Source: a virus. Taken from it: a DNA stretch of 64,000 nucleotides. Both the position numbers and the translations under genes were made by a program. The notes beneath the pieces were generated by a model. The model had not been told where the DNA came from, did not search any database, and was given only the letters and a program-made list of their open reading frames with translations. Positions 9,079 to 18,230 of the stretch are shown one piece after another; the first letter of the stretch is position 1; each line of letters opens with the position of its first letter. The stretch is taken from IMG/VR virus record IMGVR_UViG_3300025383_000010, one strand, 5' to 3'.

Positions 9079-9481
9079 TCCTAACCCTGCTGTTGTCTTT
9101 AGCGAAGGTCCTCTTTGGATGGAATCAGTTGTGTCTGCTAGAAAGGACACAATAAATATTCTGCAAAAAATCAAAGAGTTCATGGATTACAAATCACAGA
9201 ATCCACTGGCGTTGTTCGGTGGAAAGGATACTCCATTAGCTGGGGTATCTGGTAGTCCATATTCAAAGTATCTGCCTAAAGCTAGAAAAGCACATCTTAC
9301 TCCTGACATCAGCATCATTTATGAACTTAGCGGTAAAAACCCAACCACGATTAAGCTGTTAGGAGTATTCACTCATGCTGATCTAGGAACCGGAATGCCA
9401 GCTAATAAGAAGCGATCTGAACAGATGGCTAAGCGTCTCGCTCGTGAAGACCTTGAAAATTTTTTGAAATCCCTTCTCTAA
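9071..9481 (+). CDS. RelE/YafQ-like ribosome-dependent mRNase
   Basis: KDTPLAG...RKAHLTPDISIIYE...LLGVFTHADL parallels YafQ DHxLxG...HIxPDxLLIY...GxHSELF. Confidence 0.6.
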   Translation: MSNPNPAVVFSEGPLWMESVVSARKDTINILQKIKEFMDYKSQNPLALFGGKDTPLAGVSGSPYSKYLPKARKAHLTPDISIIYELSGKNPTTIKLLGVFTHADLGTGMPANKKRSEQMAKRLAREDLENFLKSLL

Positions 9482-9508
9482 TAAAATAACCTAACTGTAT
9501 CTTTTTGG

Positions 9509-9555
9509 TTGACACTGTTACCCAAAACTGCTATAACGAATGTATAGCAAGGAGA
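9509..9555 (+). promoter_or_regulatory. conserved early promoter plus leader/RBS
   Basis: TTGACA-N17-TATAAC; the 24-nt block TATAACGAATGTATAGCAAGGAGA recurs exactly at 59260-59283(-) and 63166-63189(-). Confidence 0.85.
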
Positions 9556-9562
9556 TAGTCAC

Positions 9563-10231
9563 ATGGCTCGTTATACTCGCCCCGTCTACAACACTGTTGA
9601 TGTTTTTGCTGCTGCATGTGCTGCCCAGCGTATCAACGGTGAATATCTCAAGCAAGATGATGTTACTGTTTATGACGATGATCATGAATATAGCCATAAG
9701 GTGAATCGTGTTGCTAACAAGACCTTGACTCACCAGTTTCTTAAGGGTGATTTTGATATCACTGACGGTGACCGTGAAATGGCTGAAAAGGTTATGACCT
9801 ATTGTCGCGGTCTTACTTTCAAGTTGCTTACCAACAAGCGTTTGAGCGACTTTGAAGCAACCATGCTTACTATCGTTGAAAAGTCAACCACCGACAGCAA
9901 CTATGATATTGCTGTTGTTGCCTCGCTTCCTGCTTCGTATGAGCGTTCTATTGCTCGTACTGAACAGAATATTCGCCTTCGTGAGACTGAAGGTTTTGTT
10001 GGGCAGGTTGGTGATAAGGTTGGACTTTCTGTTGAAGTCGTTCGCTGTAATTTCTCCGATCAGTGGGGTACTCATTTTGTGACTACGATTACTCCTGACA
10101 ACAAGCAGGTGTTTTTTGCATTCCGCAACTCGCTTGCTGTTGGTGACACTATCACGATTGAGGGTAAGGTAAAGGCCCATCGCAATCAGCGTGAGGATAG
10201 CACCCAGCTTAACTATGTTAAGGTCCTGTAA
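9563..10231 (+). CDS. early protein with C-terminal OB-fold-like domain
   Basis: GQVGDKV...GDTITIEGKVKAH...TQLNYVK. Confidence 0.6.
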   Translation: MARYTRPVYNTVDVFAAACAAQRINGEYLKQDDVTVYDDDHEYSHKVNRVANKTLTHQFLKGDFDITDGDREMAEKVMTYCRGLTFKLLTNKRLSDFEATMLTIVEKSTTDSNYDIAVVASLPASYERSIARTEQNIRLRETEGFVGQVGDKVGLSVEVVRCNFSDQWGTHFVTTITPDNKQVFFAFRNSLAVGDTITIEGKVKAHRNQREDSTQLNYVKVL

Positions 10232-10447
10232 TTGTAATGAACGCTGACAAAGAAAATGTATTCCGCACTTTACGTGAAGAGGAGTTGTTTGTGACTTTTT
10301 GGGGGTGCCGTTTTGGATTTCACAAATGGTTGAAGTATCGTGAGCCTACAAAGGTACACGACTCCTATTACATGTGTACTGTGCAGGAGAGGCGCTGCGG
10401 TTCTTGTAACAAGGCTGATAGAATTATTTTAGAAAAGACTGTATAAA

Positions 10448-10834
10448 ATGACCGATTGGATCAAAGCTATTCAGAGCGTTGGGCGAGGTTTTCGCCCGGG
10501 TATGGAAGTCCAAATGATTTCTGCCGGTACCGGAGTGGGCAAGTCTGTAATCATGGATTTTGAATCCGATGACTTCACTGACTGGGAACATGTTATGCGA
10601 CCGCATTATGTGGAAACAGCAGTGTGGGGAGAGGTGGGAGAGGTAGCTTGGTATAAGTTCTCCAGAAAGCCAAAGCTAGCTATTATCTATAGTGCAACCA
10701 AAGTGATTCGTCATAACGAAGATGGTTCGTTTGAATATATCAAGAATCGTACTGGTACTGGTGTTAAGGTACTAGACGCAGAAGAAGAAAAAGAAATGAC
10801 TTGGATCATTCTTAAAGCAAGGAGTATGGACTAA
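10448..10834 (+). CDS. hypothetical protein with N-terminal Walker A-like segment
   Basis: GFRPG...ISAGTGVGKS; too short for a helicase. Confidence 0.55.
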   Translation: MTDWIKAIQSVGRGFRPGMEVQMISAGTGVGKSVIMDFESDDFTDWEHVMRPHYVETAVWGEVGEVAWYKFSRKPKLAIIYSATKVIRHNEDGSFEYIKNRTGTGVKVLDAEEEKEMTWIILKARSMD

Positions 10835-11163
10835 TGCAAATCGCAATCGCAGATACAGATGGTCGTGTTCATCTTTGGGGTGATGTCACTAGCATCAACG
10901 AAGATGGTTCCATTAACTTTTACGTACTTAATGGCGCCTGGGATGGTAGGTACCACAATGGACAGGTCTTTGTAGAGTACACTAAGGCACTGTTTCCCGG
11001 TATGCTTGTATGGGTCGGTAATGCTCCCGGCGACTACAACCACGCTATACCTTGGATTCAAGATGAGATTAGCAAGCCAGACTATGTAATGACGCAGCCT
11101 GATCAGTATGTTGCTCCTATTAGGGAAGTTGAAGAAGATGAATGGGATGATATTCCCTTCTGA
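10834..11163 (+). CDS. hypothetical protein
   Basis: Ends in the acidic tail WDDIPF. Confidence 0.6.
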   Translation: MQIAIADTDGRVHLWGDVTSINEDGSINFYVLNGAWDGRYHNGQVFVEYTKALFPGMLVWVGNAPGDYNHAIPWIQDEISKPDYVMTQPDQYVAPIREVEEDEWDDIPF

Positions 11164-11395
11164 CAACTGCTATCTTCCGATCCATAGGATAGAGTATGTT
11201 CGTGTTGGTATACAGCGGACATGCCACACAGAGGTTTGGAGTAACTTTGTCAACTCTCTCCCGGTAACAATTCAGTCTGGTTGGGATAACTTAGCACGAG
11301 AGCGTATCAAAGATTGGAACGGTACTCTAATCAACGATGTAGTAGTGTTCAATACCGAGCAAGACAAGATGTGGTTTATATTGAGGTGGTCGTAA
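11147..11395 (+). CDS. orphan member of the 'LRWS' small-protein family
   Basis: Ends WFILRWS, encoded TTGAGGTGGTCGTAA (11381-11395). Confidence 0.7.
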   Translation: MIFPSDNCYLPIHRIEYVRVGIQRTCHTEVWSNFVNSLPVTIQSGWDNLARERIKDWNGTLINDVVVFNTEQDKMWFILRWS

Positions 11396-11440
11396 CCTTT
11401 CTTGTTGACATTCACCCTACAATATAGTATATAGAAGACT

Positions 11441-12799
11441 ATGAGCGCAAACTTTATCAAACAATTGAACGAGGATAATGGTCGTCTTCACAAAGAAGAT
11501 GTCCTTAGCCAGGCCCTTACTGCTGCTAATCTAGGAAGCGATATTGCTATTCGTTTTCTGTGCGGGCTTAAGGCATGTTACAACCCATATGAAACATTTG
11601 GTATCAAGCAGATTCCTGATACAGTTGGTATTGTTGATGCAGAGAATCCGTGGGACGAGTTCTTTGACTTGTTGCAGGCACTTAGTGATCGTCGCTTGAC
11701 TGGACATGATGCCCGCGATGCGGTAGCAGAAATGTCGGAACGTTTTGACAGTGATGAATGGAATCTGTTCCTTGCTCCTATCCTTCGGCGTGACATGCGC
11801 TGCGGTATTAGCACTACTACTGTCAACAAGATTGTCAAGAAAACCAACTACGAGATTCCTGTATTCTCGTGTCAGCTTGCTAGCAACTGTGAGGGTCGCC
11901 CTGAAATGAAGGGCATCAAGCGACTCGAACCCAAGCTCGACGGTGTTCGTGTTCTGTTAGTAGTTACCGTGACTGACAGTGGCACTCACACAACTTGCTA
12001 CAGTCGCAATGGCAAGGTCTTTGAGAACTTCAAGCACATTGAAGACCAGATTATTGATAATCTGCTACAGCTTATCTTTGCCCGCAATAGCGTAAGTATT
12101 CCTGGTTCTGATATTACTCGTGGCTTCGTCCTTGATGGTGAAGTTGTTGGCAATAGCTTCCAAGAACTGATGCGTCAGGCTCGTCGTAAAGAGAATGTAG
12201 CAGCAGAAGATAGCGTGTTCCACGTATTTGACATTCTTCCTATCGCTGACTTTGGTCGTGGACACTGGAATGCACAGTTGAGCAAGCGTATCAAGCTACT
12301 TGAAGCTATGAAGCCTGCTATCGACAAGATGCCTAATGTAGAACTGCTGCCGCACCTTGAAGTTAACCTCGATGAACACGAAGGTCGCAGCAAGTTTGAG
12401 CGTTATTGCAGTGACATGGTTGCTGCTGGGTTTGAAGGCGTGATGATTAAGGACCTCGATAGTCCTTATATCTGCAAGCGTAGCGCCAGCTGGATGAAGT
12501 ACAAGCCTACGATCACTGTTGATCTTGAAGTTATCGGTCTTGAAGAAGGTACCGGTCGTAACAAGAACCGTTTGGGCGCACTTGTCTGCAATGGTGTTGA
12601 TGATGGTAAGGAAATCACTGTCAATGCTGGTAGTGGGTTCAGTGATGCAGAGCGTGACAGTCTTTGGGAAGATCGCAACTTGATCGTGGGTCGCACCGTT
12701 GAGATTATGGCTGATGCTATCACGCAGAATCAGGATGGTACTTACAGTCTGCGTTTCCCGCGTTTTGTTCGCTTCCGTGATGATAAGGAGAATGTATAA
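11441..12799 (+). CDS. lig: ATP-dependent DNA ligase
   Basis: Motif I EPKLDGVR, LDGEV, FDIL, EGVMIK, WMKYK, GSG, LRFPRF. Confidence 0.96.
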   Translation: MSANFIKQLNEDNGRLHKEDVLSQALTAANLGSDIAIRFLCGLKACYNPYETFGIKQIPDTVGIVDAENPWDEFFDLLQALSDRRLTGHDARDAVAEMSERFDSDEWNLFLAPILRRDMRCGISTTTVNKIVKKTNYEIPVFSCQLASNCEGRPEMKGIKRLEPKLDGVRVLLVVTVTDSGTHTTCYSRNGKVFENFKHIEDQIIDNLLQLIFARNSVSIPGSDITRGFVLDGEVVGNSFQELMRQARRKENVAAEDSVFHVFDILPIADFGRGHWNAQLSKRIKLLEAMKPAIDKMPNVELLPHLEVNLDEHEGRSKFERYCSDMVAAGFEGVMIKDLDSPYICKRSASWMKYKPTITVDLEVIGLEEGTGRNKNRLGALVCNGVDDGKEITVNAGSGFSDAERDSLWEDRNLIVGRTVEIMADAITQNQDGTYSLRFPRFVRFRDDKENV

Positions 12800-13129
12800 T
12801 GGAAGTTAAGTGGTATATGATTGCAGTTGCAACTATCTTTGGACTTGGTATGGCGGCAGCTACTTATACTGAGTTTCAAAAGTCACAGTGTAAGATTGCT
12901 GCTATTCAAGCGCACATGACGCCTGATCAGATTGAGCAGGTGTGCAAGTGAGTAGTCTTGGAATGATCTTTGAAGAATCGCCACAGCGTTGTGAAATGTG
13001 CGGCATTATCGCAGAAACTCGTCCATATGGTCTTAATCATGAAGAAATCTGCTTTGATTGCGCCATGAAGGATGAGGCACTTACTGAGATTCGTGCTAAG
13101 CAACTGTTGTTCGGGGAAGGAGAATAATA

Positions 13130-13303
13130 ATGGAAATTCAACCCAAAGATACAAGTCGTGGGCATTTCTATGTCAGCATGGCTAAGAGCATGTTGCGTAT
13201 CGGTGCAAGTCTTGCATTGATGATGATGACAGGGGTGTTTGAAATCGCAGGTTGCTTACTCTTTGCAGCAGAACTGTTGGGAATTCTAGAGGAGCTAGTG
13301 TAA
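13130..13303 (+). CDS. small membrane protein (not in ORF track)
   Basis: MEIQPKDTSRGHFYVS...AELLGILEELV; AAGGAG RBS. Confidence 0.65.
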   Translation: MEIQPKDTSRGHFYVSMAKSMLRIGASLALMMMTGVFEIAGCLLFAAELLGILEELV

Positions 13304-13549
13304 TCATGGAAGACGATTATGATGCACTAAAGGATACTGCTGAATGGGCTGAAAAGTTACTTGGAAAGTCGTATGTGTTTGAAGACGGCGATATGATTGA
13401 AGTGATTCAAGTAAAGCGCCGTGATACTGGTCCTTGGATCACTTTTCATATCACACAAGGCCCTGGAATCCCTCGCAAGGGAGTTATGATGGCCGAAGAG
13501 TTCAACGTTACGTATGGACATTTATTTGGTTTAGAAGACTAAATAATAG

Positions 13550-15019
13550 ATGTTCTTACGAAAAGTATTTAGTTTCGCTACACTAACCCTGTTGGTTGCA
13601 CTTACTCTTAGCAGTATTGCGGCTTGGTATTCCATTCAGGGGTTAATGGCTATCTTCGCCGCAGCAGTCGTTCCCATTATGATCATGGGCGGATCGCTTG
13701 AGTTTGCTAAGGTTGTAACTACAGTTTGGCTACATAGATATTGGGATCGTGCTGGATGGAAGTTAAAGCTCTATTTGGTTCCTGCTGTTATTGCCCTTGC
13801 ATTCTTGACAAGCATGGGTATCTTTGGCTTCTTGTCTAAGGCTCACAGTGATCAAACATTAGTAAGCGGTGATGTTGGCGCTAAGGTAGCAGTCTATGAT
13901 ATGAAGATACAGACTGCTAAAGAAAACATAGCCGCTAACCGTAAAGCACTTACACAAATGGATAGTCAGGTTGACCAATTATTAGGTCGTACTGCTGATG
14001 ACAAGGGTGCAAATCGTGCTGTTTCAGTTCGTAATCAACAGAAAGCAGAGCGCAATCGCCTTCAGAAAGAGATTGAAGCAGACCAGCAAGCTATTGCTAA
14101 GTTGAATGATGAAGCTGCTCCTATTCGTGCCCAAGTACGTAAGGTTGAAGCAGAAGTTGGACCTATCAAATATATTGCTGCATTGATCTATGGTGATAAT
14201 CCAGATAGCAATTTATTAGAACGTGCTGTGCGATGGGTTATCATTCTCATTGTGTTTGTATTTGATCCTCTTGCTCTTACGCTTGTATTAGCTGCACAGA
14301 GTAGCTATGAATGGCTTGAAGAAGACTTGAATAAGAAGGATGAAGAGGAAGAAACTGTGGAAGAAGTTCACGACAAGTGTGGTACACCTGAATGCTGTGG
14401 ACAATGTGATACTGCTGTTGATGCAGACTTTATCGCAAAACTAAATGCAGTTAAGCCCAAGGAGGTTAATGATGATGCCACTTTACTATCAGCAGATGAT
14501 GCTGGACATGATGAAGATGTGGGAGAAGAACTACAACAAGCACATCTTTCCGATGCAACTGAGGATGCTGGGGAACTGGAACCGAGTGAAGCAGAACCTG
14601 TCAAAGAACCTGAACCAATAGAGATAGAAACTGAAGGCGTAACAATTCATCACAATGAAGGTGGTTATGTTCTTTATGAGGGCAAGTCAATGAGCAAGGA
14701 AGCATTAAAGGGAATGCGTCCTGAGTTGTTTGCAAATCCTGACGAAGGACATCATAGTGACACTAGTTTCGGTACAGCTTTCCCTAGATATGCTACTAAG
14801 GGCGATGTTTTCGTTAGAGTAGATGTATTGCCTAATCGTGTATTCAAGTTTGACGGTGACAAGTGGATTGAAGTTAGCAAGGACCTTTCTAACTCATATA
14901 TCTATGATGAAGAATATATCCGTTATCTTGTAAGTAAGATTGAAACCGGCGAATATGATATTGATCTATTGTCTGATCTTGAAAAAGAACAGATTGAAGA
15001 ATTTCTAAATCAAAAATAA
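13550..15019 (+). CDS. membrane protein with coiled-coil and acidic C-terminal region
   Basis: Three N-terminal TM segments, coiled coil, EVGPIKYIA, fourth TM with FDPLA; TAAATA 4 nt before ATG. Confidence 0.8.
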   Translation: MFLRKVFSFATLTLLVALTLSSIAAWYSIQGLMAIFAAAVVPIMIMGGSLEFAKVVTTVWLHRYWDRAGWKLKLYLVPAVIALAFLTSMGIFGFLSKAHSDQTLVSGDVGAKVAVYDMKIQTAKENIAANRKALTQMDSQVDQLLGRTADDKGANRAVSVRNQQKAERNRLQKEIEADQQAIAKLNDEAAPIRAQVRKVEAEVGPIKYIAALIYGDNPDSNLLERAVRWVIILIVFVFDPLALTLVLAAQSSYEWLEEDLNKKDEEEETVEEVHDKCGTPECCGQCDTAVDADFIAKLNAVKPKEVNDDATLLSADDAGHDEDVGEELQQAHLSDATEDAGELEPSEAEPVKEPEPIEIETEGVTIHHNEGGYVLYEGKSMSKEALKGMRPELFANPDEGHHSDTSFGTAFPRYATKGDVFVRVDVLPNRVFKFDGDKWIEVSKDLSNSYIYDEEYIRYLVSKIETGEYDIDLLSDLEKEQIEEFLNQK

Positions 15020-15049
15020 GTTCATATAAAAGCTCAGATAAGTAAAACT

Positions 15050-16249
15050 ATGACTGATAAAAAACTACAAGACTGCTCCTTTTGTGGGAAGCACAAAGAT
15101 GAAGTTGCAAAACTAATCGTAGGAGATGATGTAGCAATTTGCAGTACTTGCATTGCACTATGCAACGAACTCATGGATGATGACAAGGTTGTAGACATCA
15201 TTGAAAAGATTGATACTGGTGACTTTGATGCATATAGCATTAAAGAACATTTGGATCAGTTAGTCATTGGCCAACATAGCGCCAAAGAGATTCTTGCAGT
15301 CGCTATCTCAAATCACTATAAGAGGATTACCAACCCACCTAAGGATTTAGAAATCCAGAAAGGTAACGTGTTGTTGATTGGGCCAACTGGTTCGGGTAAG
15401 ACATTGCTTGCTAAGTCAGTTGCAAAGTATCTTAACGTTCCCTTCGTAGTTGCAGATGCTACTAACCTCACCGAAGCTGGTTATGTAGGTGAAGATGCTG
15501 AGTCAATGATTGCTATGTTGCTTGCACTTGCTGACAACGATGTTAAGAAGGCAGAACGCGGTATCGTTTTCATTGACGAAATTGACAAGATTGCTCGTAA
15601 GAGTGAAAGCACTAGCATTACCCGTGACGTTAGTGGCGAAGGCGTACAGCAAGCATTATTGAAGATGGTTGAAGGTACCAAGTGTCGTGTAAGCCCAGTT
15701 GGCAAAAGAAAACACCCACAGGGCGAGACTGTTGAAGTTGACACTAAGAACATCTTGTTCATTGCAGGTGGTGCATTTGTTGGACTTGAGCAGATTATCA
15801 AGAATCGTACTCAGGGTTCAAGCATTGGATTCGGAGCAGAAGTAAAGAGTAAGACTGAAAAGCAGGATATTACTGATGTATCTCCCGATGATCTTACTCG
15901 CTTTGGTATGATCCCCGAATTCATTGGTCGTTTCACTACTACGGTTACGTTACAAGAACTTACGCTTGATCAATTGGTAGAAGTGTTGACTGATGTTAAG
16001 AACAACTTCATTGACCAGTACAAGTATCTGTTCGCTATTGATGGTATTGAACTTACATTCACTTGTGATGCTATTAGACGTATTGCACAGAACTGCATTG
16101 ATCTAAAGACCGGCGCTCGTGGTCTACATACTGAGATTGAAAGAATCTTGATGCCACATATGTTCCATATTCGTAAGTATAAGGAACAGGATATCAAAGA
16201 ACTAGTGATTGATGTTGCTCTAATTGAGAACCCAAAAGCATTAGTTTAA
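15050..16249 (+). CDS. clpX: ATP-dependent Clp protease ATPase subunit ClpX
   Basis: C4 zinc finger [20 protein letters not shown] pore loop, [22 protein letters not shown] loop, GARGL. Confidence 0.97.
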   Translation: MTDKKLQDCSFCGKHKDEVAKLIVGDDVAICSTCIALCNELMDDDKVVDIIEKIDTGDFDAYSIKEHLDQLVIGQHSAKEILAVAISNHYKRITNPPKDLEIQKGNVLLIGPTGSGKTLLAKSVAKYLNVPFVVADATNLTEAGYVGEDAESMIAMLLALADNDVKKAERGIVFIDEIDKIARKSESTSITRDVSGEGVQQALLKMVEGTKCRVSPVGKRKHPQGETVEVDTKNILFIAGGAFVGLEQIIKNRTQGSSIGFGAEVKSKTEKQDITDVSPDDLTRFGMIPEFIGRFTTTVTLQELTLDQLVEVLTDVKNNFIDQYKYLFAIDGIELTFTCDAIRRIAQNCIDLKTGARGLHTEIERILMPHMFHIRKYKEQDIKELVIDVALIENPKALV

Positions 16250-16289
16250 CCAAAATACTAGACGTTTTTACGAAAATATAGTATATAAG

Positions 16290-16352
16290 TATTGTTGTAG
16301 ATGCTTTATAGGTCTACAACAATAGTCTTGCTTAATATAAAGGAGATAAAAC
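16290..16352 (+). ncRNA. ROSE-like RNA thermometer in hsp20 5' UTR
   Basis: 12-bp hairpin 16290-16324, then TCTT[G]CTT (16326-16333) pairing with SD AAGGAGA (16340-16346) with a bulged G. Confidence 0.7.
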
Positions 16353-16823
16353 ATGACTAATCAACTAACCCTTCGTTCCCTAGACATTCCTGCTATTCAC
16401 AAGTTTGGTATCGGCTTTGACGGTATCTTTGATGAACTGATGCGTGTCAACGCCCAGCAGGCAAACACCAACTATCCCCCATACAATATTGTAAAGCATG
16501 ATGACGATCACTTCGCCATTGAGCTTGCCGTTGCGGGGTTCCGTGAGGGTGACATTAGTATTACAGTAGAGAAGAACATTCTTACCATTAAGGGCGAAAA
16601 GGTTCAGGACTTAGAAGACGTTGATTCTTCTGTATCTGTTCCTAAGCCTGAGTATGTACATCGTGGCATTAGTTCCCGAGACTTTGCTCGTACATTCACT
16701 CTTGCCGAACACGTTGAAGTTATCGGTGCAAATGCAGAGAACGGTATTCTCAAGATTGAATTGGAGCGTCAAGTTCCTGAGGAACAGAAGCCCAAAACGG
16801 TTGCAATCACTTACACAAAGTGA
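16353..16823 (+). CDS. small heat-shock protein (IbpA/Hsp20 class)
   Basis: IGFD, NYPPYNI, IELAVAGF, YVHRGISSRDF, ENGILKIEL, PEEQKPK. Confidence 0.95.
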   Translation: MTNQLTLRSLDIPAIHKFGIGFDGIFDELMRVNAQQANTNYPPYNIVKHDDDHFAIELAVAGFREGDISITVEKNILTIKGEKVQDLEDVDSSVSVPKPEYVHRGISSRDFARTFTLAEHVEVIGANAENGILKIELERQVPEEQKPKTVAITYTK

Positions 16824-16866
16824 TATAAATAAAATAGTGATTGCGGGTAATAGTGCCCGCAATCAC
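16824..16866 (+). promoter_or_regulatory. T4-type late promoter TATAAATA plus 11-bp hairpin before clpS
   Basis: TATAAATA 16824-16831; GTGATTGCGGG/CCCGCAATCAC 16837-16866. Confidence 0.7.
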
Positions 16867-16885
16867 ATACTAAAGGAAGTTTATA

Positions 16886-17194
16886 ATGGCAAATGCAGAA
16901 GTCGGAACCAAGATCAGGCCAAACCTTGCTCTCAAAGAGCCGCCGTTGTTCAAGGTAATCTATATCAATGACGATCATACTTCAATGGAGTTTGTGGTCA
17001 GTTCACTGATTGAATATTTCAACTACAATCCTGACACTGCCACCCAGATTACAGTTGACGTTCACGAAAACGGAAGCGCAATCGTAGCAGTATTGCCCTA
17101 TGAGATTGCGGAACAGAAAGGTATTGAAGTTACCCTTGATGCTCGTGCCCAGGGCTACCCGCTTCAAGTTAAGGTTGAAGCTGAATCAAATTAA
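16886..17194 (+). CDS. clpS: N-degron adaptor ClpS
   Basis: PPLFKVIYINDDHTSMEFVV, VHENG, YEIAEQK, GYPL. Confidence 0.93.
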   Translation: MANAEVGTKIRPNLALKEPPLFKVIYINDDHTSMEFVVSSLIEYFNYNPDTATQITVDVHENGSAIVAVLPYEIAEQKGIEVTLDARAQGYPLQVKVEAESN

Positions 17195-17884
17195 AATTGT
17201 GAGACGCTTGGGCCAGTAGGGCGCATTTACTGGCCGAGGGTTGTTCATATAGTTGATATTACCTAAATAAGTATCAACTGGCTTATCGTAGGTGCCAAAC
17301 AACCAATGCGATACTTTATGTTCGGTATCCGCATCTAATACATCGCATAATGGTGTTTGGTCCTCGATATAGCCCGGATTCTCTTTAAAATATAGATCAG
17401 CATGTGGTACTGCGTTTGATACTACAATGATCTTCTTGACATCCAAATGACGCTGTAACTTGGATATTGAAGTGCGAAGATAGTAAGTATCTTCGTGCCT
17501 TGCTACAGTTTCAAGTATATTTTCAATTGTATGATTGTTTCCTACATTGCTCCAGCCATTGATGCCCGTGATAGCCACGCCATCAATAACAGCAACATGC
17601 TGGTGCAACATACATACGTTAGGGATAGCTTGTGCTATCTCAATAAGTTGCTGTAAACGTTCAGGGATACTATCCGCAGTTTCATATTCAAGCATACCCG
17701 GAACATAGAACACACCTTGATATATCTTTGAAAGGTGAATCAATGTTTGTGCGATAGTTCTAACATTAGAACTAATGTTGCCAGTGAGTATGCAGTAGAG
17801 ACTTGTTTGCTTGTTTTCCCAATTAAAACTGTCATTGGAAGACAGGTTCAAATCACCTAGAATATCAAAACCAATTTCTTGCAT
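17186..17884 (-). CDS. degenerate calcineurin-like metallophosphoesterase
   Basis: GDLNL, TGNI, VPGMLEY, WLFG, NNPR: fold motifs present, several metal ligands replaced. Confidence 0.6.
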   Translation of the reverse strand: MQEIGFDILGDLNLSSNDSFNWENKQTSLYCILTGNISSNVRTIAQTLIHLSKIYQGVFYVPGMLEYETADSIPERLQQLIEIAQAIPNVCMLHQHVAVIDGVAITGINGWSNVGNNHTIENILETVARHEDTYYLRTSISKLQRHLDVKKIIVVSNAVPHADLYFKENPGYIEDQTPLCDVLDADTEHKVSHWLFGTYDKPVDTYLGNINYMNNPRPVNAPYWPKRLTILI

Positions 17885-18160
17885 TTACTTTGCAATTTTG
17901 ATGTTAGGCTTCTTAGCTCTTGTCTTCTTGACTTCTGCAACTACAGCTTCTTCTACAGCCTTAGCCTTCTTAGAAACTCTCTTAGCAGCAGCCTTAACCT
18001 TAGGTGCTTCTTCTGCCACTACAGCCTTTACTTTAGTTTCAGCAACTTCAACTTTAGCTTCAACTGCTGCTACTTCTACTTCTGCTTCCTTAACAGTCTT
18101 TACGACAGCGGGAGCAAACACATTCTTGATCATATTGACCAATGTTGAAAGAAACGACAT
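17885..18160 (-). CDS. Ala/Lys/Val/Glu-rich low-complexity protein
   Basis: AGGAG RBS; minus-strand TAAATA near 18192-18197. Confidence 0.7.
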   Translation of the reverse strand: MSFLSTLVNMIKNVFAPAVVKTVKEAEVEVAAVEAKVEVAETKVKAVVAEEAPKVKAAAKRVSKKAKAVEEAVVAEVKKTRAKKPNIKIAK

Positions 18161-18230
18161 AATAATTCTCCTTTATTTGGGTTTCCATTTCTATTTATGA
18201 CGTTACCCATACCTAATGAATAAATACTAT

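Noticed and set aside
10448-10560. DnaB/gp41 helicase call from ISAGTGVGKS
   Set aside because: Only a Walker A-like fragment in a 128-aa protein; no Walker B or remaining helicase domain.
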